From the NCBI GenBank assembly GCA_050296935.1, contig JBNKRV010000211.1, positions 2,812 to 66,811 on the forward strand: 64,000 nucleotides of DNA, in the 5' to 3' direction. This DNA is from Marinilabiliaceae bacterium (GTDB lineage Bacteria; Bacteroidota; Bacteroidia; Bacteroidales; Marinilabiliaceae). This document shows, piece after piece, positions 1 through 7,951 of this stretch. Numbering within the stretch: position 1 is the first letter of the stretch; each line of letters begins with the position of its first letter. Position numbers and translations under genes: made by a program. Under the pieces are notes generated by a model. It had not been told where the DNA came from and did no database searches. It worked only from the letters and a program-made list of their open reading frames with translations.

Positions 1-166
1 AAAATATGGCTGTATAGTAGTGAGTTATGGCGGCGTTGAATGGGTTGAATCATAAAAACCACAAATAATAGAGTGCATTAGTATAAGAGTTTTGTAAAGT
101 AGTTAAAGAATAATGTGTATTTTTCCAACTTCAAAATTTTATTTTAATCCAATCAAACTCTTAAAA

Positions 167-994
167 ATGAATTCATCAAACAAAACTTACCCGAATATTG
201 CACAAAGTTGGGGTATTGTAGGTATTGCAATTCTTGCACAAATATTGTTTTCTCCTGTTTTTCTGTTATTAGAAAATGTAATAGGAATGCAAGGTGCAAC
301 ATTAATTTATTATACACTTTCTGTTGGAGGAGCCTTTATTTTTGGTCACTTTATTCGCAAAAAGGAAACCGGCCTAAGTTCATATAATTTTGAGTTGGAT
401 TCATTGAAGTTAGTGGTTCTGATGGCAGTTTTTACTATAGCTATGGCTGTTGGTATTACTGATCCCATTGCAAGTTTAATTCCAATGCCGGATATTTTTA
501 AGCAGATGTTTTTGGAGATGGCATCTCAAAATGGTGTTTTCGGATTTATAACCATTGTGATTGTTGCTCCGATTCTTGAAGAGTTAATTTTTCGAGGTCT
601 GATTCTGGATGGCATGTTAAAAAGGTATTCTCCGGTTAAGTCTGTTTTGTATTCCAGTTTTCTTTTTGCATTTATTCATTTGAATCCGTGGCAGTTTATT
701 GCTGCGTTTTTAATAGGGATTTTCTCTGGATGGATATACTATAAAACACGAAAGCTTTCACTTACAATCATTATACATTTTGTGAATAATTTTGTAGCAT
801 TTATGTCAAGTCAAATGGTAAGTCCGGAAGATCAATTGGATCAATCTTTAATTGATTTTTATGGCGGACTGGTAAATGCGATCATTATTATTTCCGGGTG
901 TGTTTTATTGTGTCTGATTAGTTTATGGTTCATTTTTCAACATATTAATTCAAAAGAGGAGCGGGAAGTAGAAGCGGTTAATTCCTTTCAGTAA
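167..994 (+). CDS. CPBP family intramembrane glutamic endopeptidase (CAAX-protease-like membrane protein)
   Basis: ORF 113..994. Multi-pass hydrophobic protein with CPBP motifs EELIFRG, FAFIHL and HFVNN. The ATG at 167 (MNSSNK...) is preferred over the ATG at 113. Confidence 0.8.
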   Translation: MNSSNKTYPNIAQSWGIVGIAILAQILFSPVFLLLENVIGMQGATLIYYTLSVGGAFIFGHFIRKKETGLSSYNFELDSLKLVVLMAVFTIAMAVGITDPIASLIPMPDIFKQMFLEMASQNGVFGFITIVIVAPILEELIFRGLILDGMLKRYSPVKSVLYSSFLFAFIHLNPWQFIAAFLIGIFSGWIYYKTRKLSLTIIIHFVNNFVAFMSSQMVSPEDQLDQSLIDFYGGLVNAIIIISGCVLLCLISLWFIFQHINSKEEREVEAVNSFQ

Positions 995-1218
995 TTTACG
1001 AATAGGGCCTTGTGGGGTTTTAATTTCAAATATCCCGAAGCATGAAATTGTAATCTGAGATTCCTGATATGATAAGAAAACAGGTGAAATTCTACTGAAT
1101 TTGATTATTCTGTGATTTTTATTAAAAGTTTTTTATTTTGTAATCGTCTGTAGTGTTGGTGAATATGTAATTAAAAGATCGGATTGAGGATGTATGGATT
1201 AAAATATAGCTAGCACTG

Positions 1219-1250
1219 TTTGGATATTGGAATTAAAACGCATATATTTG
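1219..1250 (+). promoter_or_regulatory. Bacteroidota sigma-A type promoter (TTTG-N20-TAtaTTTG) upstream of the tRNA pair
   Basis: TTTG at 1219-1222 and TATATTTG at 1243-1250, with 20-nt spacing. It ends about 40 nt upstream of the first tRNA. Confidence 0.5.
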
Positions 1251-1289
1251 CAATCGCAAAAAAGGAAACTTATTTAGTTAAAAATATAT

Positions 1290-1362
<73 letters not shown>

Positions 1363-1366
1363 CTAT

Positions 1367-1399
1367 AAAACCGATAAGAGCTAATCTTTCGGTTTTTTT
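1367..1399 (+). terminator. hairpin plus T-run after the first tRNA
   Basis: AAACCGA(T)AAG ... CTTTCGGTTT stem with one bulge, followed by TTTTTTT. Confidence 0.5.
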
Positions 1400-1437
1400 A
1401 TGAGACTAAGAGTGATTTTAAATCACAAAAGATATAT

Positions 1438-1510
<73 letters not shown>

Positions 1511-1517
1511 CTATAAG

Positions 1518-1550
1518 AAGCCGATAGATTTTTTCTATCGGCTTTTTTTT
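1518..1550 (+). terminator. intrinsic terminator after the tRNA pair
   Basis: Perfect 11-bp stem AAGCCGATAGA / TCTATCGGCTT with a T5 loop, followed by a T-run. Confidence 0.8.
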
Positions 1551-1646
1551 ATGGCAAATATTTGTTTTGGGTAGAATTTATATTTACAATCTAAAGTTAT
1601 GTTTTCAATAACAAAAAGGTGAAAACTCCCATGTTTTTAGAATTAC

Positions 1647-1806
1647 TCTAAGTAGTGTTCGTCTATAAAGTCCAACTACTACGTTGTTGCTCAAAATCCA
1701 AATCCTCATATACACAAGTATACTGCGGTTTGAATTTTTCACACGCCTTGTATTTAAACTTTATAATCCAAACATCCGACTTTATGGACGGGCACTAAGT
1801 AGACAA
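1647..1806 (+). repeat. MITE-like hairpin repeat, family 1, copy A (full length)
   Basis: Imperfect terminal inverted repeats CTAnnnAGTGyyCGTCyATAAAGTC. The internal arms are also partly self-complementary. Alignable along its length with 10599..10750 and, inverted, with 61958..62103. Confidence 0.8.
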
Positions 1807-2101
1807 TTCAATTTGCATTTTGAGTAACTGTTATTGACTAATTATGTGTTTATGTTTCATTTATGCAGAAAATAAAACAAGTAATTAGGATATGCTTAAT
1901 CAGTTTTAGTAGCTTGTTTGCGCCAATTGGATATGGCAAAAAAATGAACTAATAGATTGATTTTAAAGATTATAAATTCTATTCAATTAATCAAATATTT
2001 TTATTTAAGCATGGTTAATTAAAGAAAATTAAATAACTTACCTTCGTTATGATGGATTAAATTTAAACCAGATATGAAAATCTACAGTCTATATATCTCA
2101 A

Positions 2102-3016
2102 ATGAAACATCACTCAAAAATTTATTTATGGAAGAATCCTGTTTTATTTATTAAGGATAAATTTAAAACAGGTTTTAATCAGAAAGGATTATATGCAATT
2201 TCTTCGCTACCTTCTATACCCTTAATAATTGGACTGATTGCTGACTTTAAGAACATATGGAATATTTCTGATAATATTACGACATTAACTTTATTATGGT
2301 TCTTATTTTTCTATGGCTTAATAAATACGGCAATGGTTTTTGTTATTCAAAGATCTAGTATTAGATTAAGAAAAGAAAAGAAATCTTTTCGAATTCTTCA
2401 TAAGATTATTTGCGAGGGTATTAGGCAATATGTTACAGATAAAGAATCTTCACAAACATTAAGTAAGGATAGAATAGCCGAGCGTATAGAAAAAATTTTA
2501 GCCGAATTCAATAAGCAGTTTATGGAAGTTTACCATAGGCCAAACATAACAATGACATTAAAATATCTTGTTAATGATCAACTTTTCCCCATAAGGGTTG
2601 GGGATGATAAAGACAATCGTCTATACTGCCCTGAACAAAAAGACGATTCGTTTGTTTATCAGTCACTTAATCAGACGGGAAACAAACTTCGCTATTTATA
2701 CGTAAAGAATATAAATAAAACTGATAAATTCGAAAATGAAGTAATTTTAAATCTTGTAGATATAAAGGCAAGAGCAAGGGATAATTACCAAACATTTATA
2801 GCACTTCCTATTAGGAGCGGGACAGTGAATGATGTCGTTGAGAATAGTGGTGTAAAAGTTAAACATGATTTAGGTATTTTAGGTATAGACATGAAGGAAG
2901 CGTATGGTTTTGGCAATTTTGAAAGTCATGAACTAGATATACTTGGTTGTCTAACAGATTTATTAGCATTGCCAACAAGCGATATTATTAAGATTTCAAA
3001 AGATCAGACCAATTAA
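2102..3016 (+). CDS. hypothetical membrane protein, N-terminal 2 TM helices plus C-terminal GAF-like domain
   Basis: 304-aa ORF with two hydrophobic helices (about residues 30-50 and 60-85). The C-terminal pattern TFIALPIRSG...DLGILGIDM...ELDILGCLTDLL resembles the core of a GAF fold. No family was recognised. Confidence 0.55.
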   Translation: MKHHSKIYLWKNPVLFIKDKFKTGFNQKGLYAISSLPSIPLIIGLIADFKNIWNISDNITTLTLLWFLFFYGLINTAMVFVIQRSSIRLRKEKKSFRILHKIICEGIRQYVTDKESSQTLSKDRIAERIEKILAEFNKQFMEVYHRPNITMTLKYLVNDQLFPIRVGDDKDNRLYCPEQKDDSFVYQSLNQTGNKLRYLYVKNINKTDKFENEVILNLVDIKARARDNYQTFIALPIRSGTVNDVVENSGVKVKHDLGILGIDMKEAYGFGNFESHELDILGCLTDLLALPTSDIIKISKDQTN

Positions 3017-3030
3017 TTAAATACTATATT

Positions 3031-3258
3031 ATGAATAAAACTTCTTTAGAATCAAGGTTAGATAGGATTCCTCAGAGAATCAAAGATATTTTAAGCACTT
3101 ACTTCGCAGATGAAAAAAATTTTCAGGTGCTGAGTGATGCTGTCTTAAAGAGTTCTATGGTAATAGAATTGGGTAATTATCAGTTGATGATTGAAGATCG
3201 AGAAGAGTTAGAAAGAATTAAAGTATTACTTACCAATGTAAGCTGTGAATTTGCGTAA
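3031..3258 (+). CDS. hypothetical small protein (75 aa), apparently co-transcribed with 2102..3016
   Basis: ORF starts 15 nt after the upstream stop, on the same strand. No family was recognised. Confidence 0.45.
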   Translation: MNKTSLESRLDRIPQRIKDILSTYFADEKNFQVLSDAVLKSSMVIELGNYQLMIEDREELERIKVLLTNVSCEFA

Positions 3259-3378
3259 GTATTGAAATCACAAAAATAAATGGAATTGTTCAACTTATGG
3301 ACAATTCGGATCACCTAGTAAATTTGGGTTAACTAAAAAGAGTTATGTTAGATTTGCAAAAAAAACTAACAAACAAAT

Positions 3379-3594
3379 ATGTACTCTCAAGATATCAATG
3401 CCCAATTACTAGAACTTATTCTACCTGCAGGGATTTTAGAACACTTTACAATTACAGACTTCCATCAGGAAGCCAGTGGTCAGAATTTATATACCAAGAA
3501 ACTTACGATCCATTTAGAGGAGAAGAAAGTTGTACCTGAGGAATATATGTCGATTATACATTTAAAGCAAGTGGATTTATGCCTGCCAGGTTAA
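3379..3594 (+). pseudogene. possible N-terminal remnant of a Bacteroidota-type transposase
   Basis: LLELILPAGILEHFTITDF...LTIHLEEKKVVPEEY resembles, from memory, the N-terminus of a transposase class common in Bacteroidota. The ORF ends after 71 aa, an adjacent frame continues as FKASGFMPAR for a few codons, and no catalytic domain follows. Confidence 0.3.
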
Positions 3595-3599
3595 TTAAT

Positions 3600-3685
3600 G
3601 GGTAATCCATTTATATTTCAATACAGCCTCCGGTATGGAGGTGTGTAGGCAACCCTGTGGTAGAGGCCAGGTGCTGTGTTGCTTT
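3600..3685. repeat. Y-like module fragment downstream of the GNAT stop codon
   Basis: Shares GGAGGTGTG(A)TAGG with 4617-4631 and contains the hairpin CCTCC-GGTAT-GGAGG. Confidence 0.4.
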
Positions 3686-4216
3686 TTAAATGTAATCCGT
3701 TTTATCTTTGTTTTCAATCATGAATTCACAAAAAAAATCTCCACTATCAGTTTGTCCCTCATTAATCAGACTCATACCACAACTTTCTGATAGTTTAATC
3801 GAGGCAATATTTTGTTTAAACATACGTGCAGTTAATTTCTCTAGTTTTAATTTTTGAAATCCATAATCAATCAATGAATTACAAATCTCAGAGCCATATC
3901 CCTTTCTCCAGAATCTATTATCTAGAATGTATCCTAACTCCAGATGTTTTAAATTTTGAAATGAATTAAACAATCCAGCTTCTCCAATTATAGAATCAGT
4001 GTTTTTGGTCAGAACTGTGAATATTCCAAATCCGTTATTGTAATCCTGATTTATTTTATCGTATTTCTCTTTGAGTTTTTCTTTAGTCCATTTAAAATCT
4101 GAATTTGGGATGTAAATCATATTTTTTGAGTCGTTTAAAATCTTGAGTAAAGAGTTTAAATCATCACTTTTAACTTCTCTAATCCAAAGTCTTTGGGTTT
4201 CAATTATAATATTCAT
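3686..4216 (-). CDS. GNAT family N-acetyltransferase (RimJ/RimL-like)
   Basis: 176 aa. The N-terminal ETQRLWIRE and the WRKGYGSE acetyl-CoA loop are typical of the Acetyltransf_3/RimJ class. Confidence 0.85.
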   Translation of the reverse strand: MNIIIETQRLWIREVKSDDLNSLLKILNDSKNMIYIPNSDFKWTKEKLKEKYDKINQDYNNGFGIFTVLTKNTDSIIGEAGLFNSFQNLKHLELGYILDNRFWRKGYGSEICNSLIDYGFQKLKLEKLTARMFKQNIASIKLSESCGMSLINEGQTDSGDFFCEFMIENKDKTDYI

Positions 4217-4356
4217 TTTTTAATCCGGGAATTAAATTTAAATCTCCATTTTTATCTTTCTATTTGTAAAATGCAGGGGGGTGATGCCTCATGGTGTTCA
4301 GTGTATGATTTCGGAGAGCGTTCCTGTTGACCGTTACGCTTTATTTTAATAAATAA

Positions 4357-4494
4357 GCAGTAGTACACTCACACCTGACGTTCTTGAAAAAGTTTAAAAA
4401 TACAAATTATCTTCAGTAAATCTGGATTGTGGGTATTTTTTATCCTTAGGGTGTAAGCCTCAAGTGGGCGGTCTGGCTGCTGCAGGATCGAACC
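4357..4494. repeat. array repeat module X, copy 1
   Basis: Near-identical to 6104..6238 (2 substitutions, at 4446 and 4463) and to 8984..9105. Confidence 0.85.
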
Positions 4495-4568
4495 GTTAAC
4501 AAGTGATACCTTTTTGCCTCAGCAAAATCGTAGTGGTTGACGGTGACGATAGTAGTCAAGGTTTTTTT
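4493..4568. repeat. array repeat module Z, copy 1 (nested hairpin plus T7 run)
   Basis: CCGTTAAC ... GTTGACGG outer stem enclosing TTTTGC-CTCA-GCAAAA. Alignable with 9104..9178. Confidence 0.75.
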
Positions 4569-4666
4569 GAGCGATGATATACCAGAAGAACCGCTGTATG
4601 CGAGGCTTGTATGTACGGAGGTGTGATAGGTGTATTAGTGGGTAAGCTCACTGGCCATCTGCTCGA
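4569..4666. repeat. array repeat module Y-like, abutting the stop of ORF 4667..5206
   Basis: The start, GATGATATACCAGAAGAACCGCTGTATGC, aligns with 6269-6297 and 7816-7842. It also carries the GATAGG motif at 4626-4631. Confidence 0.6.
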
Positions 4667-5206
4667 TTACAGCACGTTTTTCTTTTTGTCAATCAGTCTT
4701 TTTGAAGCTATCACCCAATGCTCCACGTACTTTTCAGGATTATCAACAACCTCCTGTAAATCATCAATTGATTTATGCTCGTGTTTTTTCATAAAACTAA
4801 TAATCCGTTGTTCATCATTTTCCTTCTTTTCTTCTTCTGTCAATTCTTGCATATTGCCATACAGTATATTAATGATTTTTTTATTAACCGATAAGAACAA
4901 TAAAAGGATTATTAAAATAATGAGATTAAATCCGAAAGAGTCAATTCCCCAAATGGTAATTGAAAATCCAAAATCAATATGCGAAAATTTAATAAGATTT
5001 AAAGTCCCAAGAACTAATAATACTCCTAAAATATAATTACTTAGTTGAACTGATTTTAAGCGAATAGCAAAAGAAGCCAACACACAAACCAATCCAATGT
5101 AAAATTTATTGTCTACTACATAATTGGTCAATAAGCTCAATATTAGTGAAAATATTGAGGAAGAAATCAGTAAGGTGTAAATTGAAAGTTCTATAGTCTT
5201 TTTCAT
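4667..5206 (-). CDS. hypothetical membrane protein (about 4 TM helices, charged C-terminal tail)
   Basis: 179-aa ORF with a hydrophobic N-terminal two thirds. No family was recognised. Confidence 0.55.
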   Translation of the reverse strand: MKKTIELSIYTLLISSSIFSLILSLLTNYVVDNKFYIGLVCVLASFAIRLKSVQLSNYILGVLLVLGTLNLIKFSHIDFGFSITIWGIDSFGFNLIILIILLLFLSVNKKIINILYGNMQELTEEEKKENDEQRIISFMKKHEHKSIDDLQEVVDNPEKYVEHWVIASKRLIDKKKNVL

Positions 5207-5306
5207 TAAAGATTCTTTTTAATTTTCATGTTTAGTTCAACAAAACCTCCTCTAATAAAGCGTATGAAAACAACGCTTTATTAGAGCTTAGTGTTGCCAG
5301 TAGTTT

Positions 5307-5957
5307 TTAATTCAATTTGTATGGAATTCTATTTTTCACTTCTCTGATAATTGGATTTGTAATCAACATTGGCGTCGTAAAATACATTCCTTGATTCCAA
5401 TGATTAAATTGCCATATCAAATCTCCTGATTTCCCATCATAAATTTGATTTATAATTTTGACTTCAGAAGTAGGTTCCGTTGAATAAGAACCTGTTGTCA
5501 AGGCCATTATATAATCTTTTGCTAATTCTCCTGCTTGGCTACTTGTAGATGCAGTCCTTACGCAATAAATAAATACTGCGTCGGCGTTCAAATCGCGTGC
5601 AATTTTGGGTATTTGGTCAATTGAGAATTTCTTGTCACCATCTTCAATCCGTTTTGCGAAATACTGGTCAATAATCTTTAAGTCTATAATTTCGATACCT
5701 AATGATTCCTCTTTTAATTTTTCAACTAATTTTTCCCTAAACGCTAATCCGAAAAATTGATCAACAGGGTATTTATCCATATGTGGTTGTTGGTTATTCA
5801 ATTCTGTCTTCAAGTCAAAATTAATTGGCAATACCGCCAATGTTTTATGCTCTTGCGTTAAAGTTTTATATTTCTCTGGATAATAAACTTTAGTACAGCT
5901 GATTAACATAAATATTATCAATCCTAAAATCTGAAATTTAAAGTTCTTGGTTTTCAT
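5307..5957 (-). CDS. hypothetical lipoprotein
   Basis: The internal ATG at 5957 gives MKTKNFKFQILGLIIFMLISC, a lipoprotein signal peptide with lipobox Cys. The upstream part of ORF 5307..6068 runs toward the X2 repeat (6104-6238) and is unlikely to be coding. Confidence 0.65.
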   Translation of the reverse strand: MKTKNFKFQILGLIIFMLISCTKVYYPEKYKTLTQEHKTLAVLPINFDLKTELNNQQPHMDKYPVDQFFGLAFREKLVEKLKEESLGIEIIDLKIIDQYFAKRIEDGDKKFSIDQIPKIARDLNADAVFIYCVRTASTSSQAGELAKDYIMALTTGSYSTEPTSEVKIINQIYDGKSGDLIWQFNHWNQGMYFTTPMLITNPIIREVKNRIPYKLN

Positions 5958-6103
5958 TAGCAATGTGTCTGTTTTTAAATTACTGGCAACGTTACAGCTT
6001 TGGTCTGAGCCGCCACTTTCTAAATACAACTCCAAAATCAGACTCTGTATCCAAACGAGCTGCGGCATTAGCTATCAGCTGCTGTGTGAGCCCTGCATGA
6101 GTA

Positions 6104-6238
6104 GCAGTACACTCACACCTGACGTTCTTGAAAAAGTTTAAAAATACAAATTATCTTCAGTAAATCTGGATTGTGGGTATTTTTTATCCGTAGGGTGTAA
6201 GCCTCACGTGGGCGGTCTGGCTGCTGCAGGATCGAACC
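6104..6238. repeat. array repeat module X, copy 2
   Basis: See 4357..4494. Confidence 0.85.
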
Positions 6239-6262
6239 ACCAGCAACAGTGAAGTTTTTTTT

Positions 6263-6425
6263 GAGGGATAGTATACCGGATGAACCGCCGTATATGCTTG
6301 ATGTGAAAGCTCAGGTAGAGCTTTTATCGAAAAGAATAAGCGTAGCTACCTGTATGTAGGTACAATGAGAGGCTTTCAGATAGGCACTTATCCAGTTGGT
6401 TGGCTACTTGAATGTACGCTGGTAT
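6263..6425. repeat. array repeat module Y, abutting the stop of the ATPase gene
   Basis: Alignable with 7812..7951. Both have the hairpin AAAGCTC-loop-GAGCTTT with different loops, the palindrome GTAGCTAC, and a GATAGG motif. Confidence 0.75.
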
Positions 6426-7547
6426 TTATTTTATTACTACAAAATCTCTAAAATTAGTTCTGTCAATCACTTCTTCTTTTGCATTATAAGTATTCACAAA
6501 TGTCTTTGGTAGTTTAACTTTCTTTTTGGAATTCCATTTAAATTCGTATCCAATTAGTTGACCATTTATTTCTTCAACAAGATCAACTTCTTGCTGTTGC
6601 TGAGTGCGCCAAAAATACATTTTCGCATAACTGTTTTTGTAATTATTCTGTTTTACTCTTTCTGTGATTAGAAAATTTTCCCACAAAGCTCCTGTATCCT
6701 GCCGAAGATCTAAACTGTTAAAATTCCCAAGAATCATATTCCTTACACCATTATCATAAAAGTATATTTTCCTGTTCTTTTTTATTTCATTTCTTAGATT
6801 CTTACTATAAGCATTAAGCCTATAAACAACAAAACCTTTCTCCAGGATATCAATATAATTTGATACCGTGTTTTTATCGACTCCAACAATTTGAGATAAT
6901 TCGTTGTAATTTACTTCACTTCCGATCTGTAATGCCAATGCTTGAACTAATTTCTCTAGTACTTCTGGCTTTCGTATATTTGAATATGCTAGAATATCCC
7001 GATATAAATAACTGTTTACAAGTTGTTTTAATATTTCCTTTTCCTCTCCTGGGCTATTAAGAATATCTGGATAAAAACCATACAATAATCTGTTTTCGAC
7101 TTGTTGTTCAGCCACTAGATATCCATGTGTATCTTCATACTCTTCCCAACTAATAGGGTGTAATTCATACTCCCACTTCTGACCTGTTAATGGCTCATTT
7201 AATTCTTGAGATAAACTAAATGAAGAAGATCCACTCACAAATAATTGAATATCTTTAAATTGATCTGTAATTATTTTTAGAGTTAAACCTATTCCTGATA
7301 TTCTTTGGGCTTCATCTATAAATACAGTTTTGTATTTACCTAATATTGATCTTATTTGCTCTGTATTCGGATTGTTGAGTAAGCTTCGAACCGTAGGATC
7401 ATCAGCATCAAGAAATAAATGCTTTTTATCTGAGACTATCTGATTTATTAAAGTTGTTTTTCCAACTTGTCTTGGGCCAATTAATAGAATAGCCTTTCCC
7501 TTTCCGGTCTTATTATCAATTACTCTTCTTAATGTCCGTGAATACAT
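6426..7547 (-). CDS. AAA family ATPase with DUF4143-type C-terminal domain
   Basis: Walker A GPRQVGKTT and Walker B FIDEAQ. Length and C-terminal layout are typical of the AAA_14/DUF4143 class. Confidence 0.85.
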   Translation of the reverse strand: MYSRTLRRVIDNKTGKGKAILLIGPRQVGKTTLINQIVSDKKHLFLDADDPTVRSLLNNPNTEQIRSILGKYKTVFIDEAQRISGIGLTLKIITDQFKDIQLFVSGSSSFSLSQELNEPLTGQKWEYELHPISWEEYEDTHGYLVAEQQVENRLLYGFYPDILNSPGEEKEILKQLVNSYLYRDILAYSNIRKPEVLEKLVQALALQIGSEVNYNELSQIVGVDKNTVSNYIDILEKGFVVYRLNAYSKNLRNEIKKNRKIYFYDNGVRNMILGNFNSLDLRQDTGALWENFLITERVKQNNYKNSYAKMYFWRTQQQQEVDLVEEINGQLIGYEFKWNSKKKVKLPKTFVNTYNAKEEVIDRTNFRDFVVIK

Positions 7548-7655
7548 ATCTCTAATTTTAATTCAAATATATGCAATAAGTATTGTATTCACCAATTACT
7601 ATATTATTATGTGAATTAATTTATCGTTTGGATTTTTTGCTTGTGTACAATGGTA

Positions 7656-7713
7656 AGTAGTGCCTGTTCATTAAGTCTGGTGTCTGGACTTTATAGACGA
7701 ACACAAAGTAGAC
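7656..7713 (-). repeat. MITE-like repeat family 1, internally deleted mini copy D
   Basis: The two terminal repeats AGTGCCTGTTCATTAAGTC and GGACTTTATAGACGAACAC are joined by about 8 nt. The flanks TAAGTAGTG / AAAGTAGAC match copy A. Confidence 0.65.
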
Positions 7714-7811
7714 ACTTGCGGGCTTCAGACTTGTCAAATCATTACCGAATTGAAGCGGACTGCAAACTTTGAGTTTGCAAGACCTTTCTTAAAGTGTTGA
7801 AAAGAGCTGTT

Positions 7812-7951
7812 GTAGTATTCCGGATGAACCGCCATGTATGCTTGGTGTGAAAGCTCTGATAGAGCTTTTAACGAAAAGAACAAGCGTAGCTACCTGTACA
7901 TGCGTTGGAGATAGAGGTTCTCTGATAGGTCAGCCTGTCGGCTGCCTATGA
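7812..7951. repeat. array repeat module Y, abutting the stop of GNAT 7952..8512
   Basis: Alignable with 6263..6425. It ends in the inverted repeat ATAGG(T)CAGCC-TGTC-GGCTGCCTAT at 7925-7949, 2 nt from the stop codon. Confidence 0.75.

Noticed and set aside
4480-4494. GGTTCGATCC on the gene strand of module X looks like a tRNA T-loop, which would suggest a tRNA fragment or att site.
   Set aside because: No complementary T-stem, acceptor stem or CCA context can be drawn around it. It also does not match the T-arm of the nearby tRNA-fMet genes (GTCAGTTCGAGTCTGGC).
4611-5036. Plus-strand ORF of 141 aa. The same judgement applies to 5947-6141, 6860-7060, 9208-9561 and many 60-120-aa ORFs antisense to long genes.
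   Set aside because: They lie antisense to, or overlap, well-supported genes or repeats. Their composition is low-complexity or Cys/Phe-rich, and no family was recognised. They are typical shadow ORFs of AT-rich DNA.
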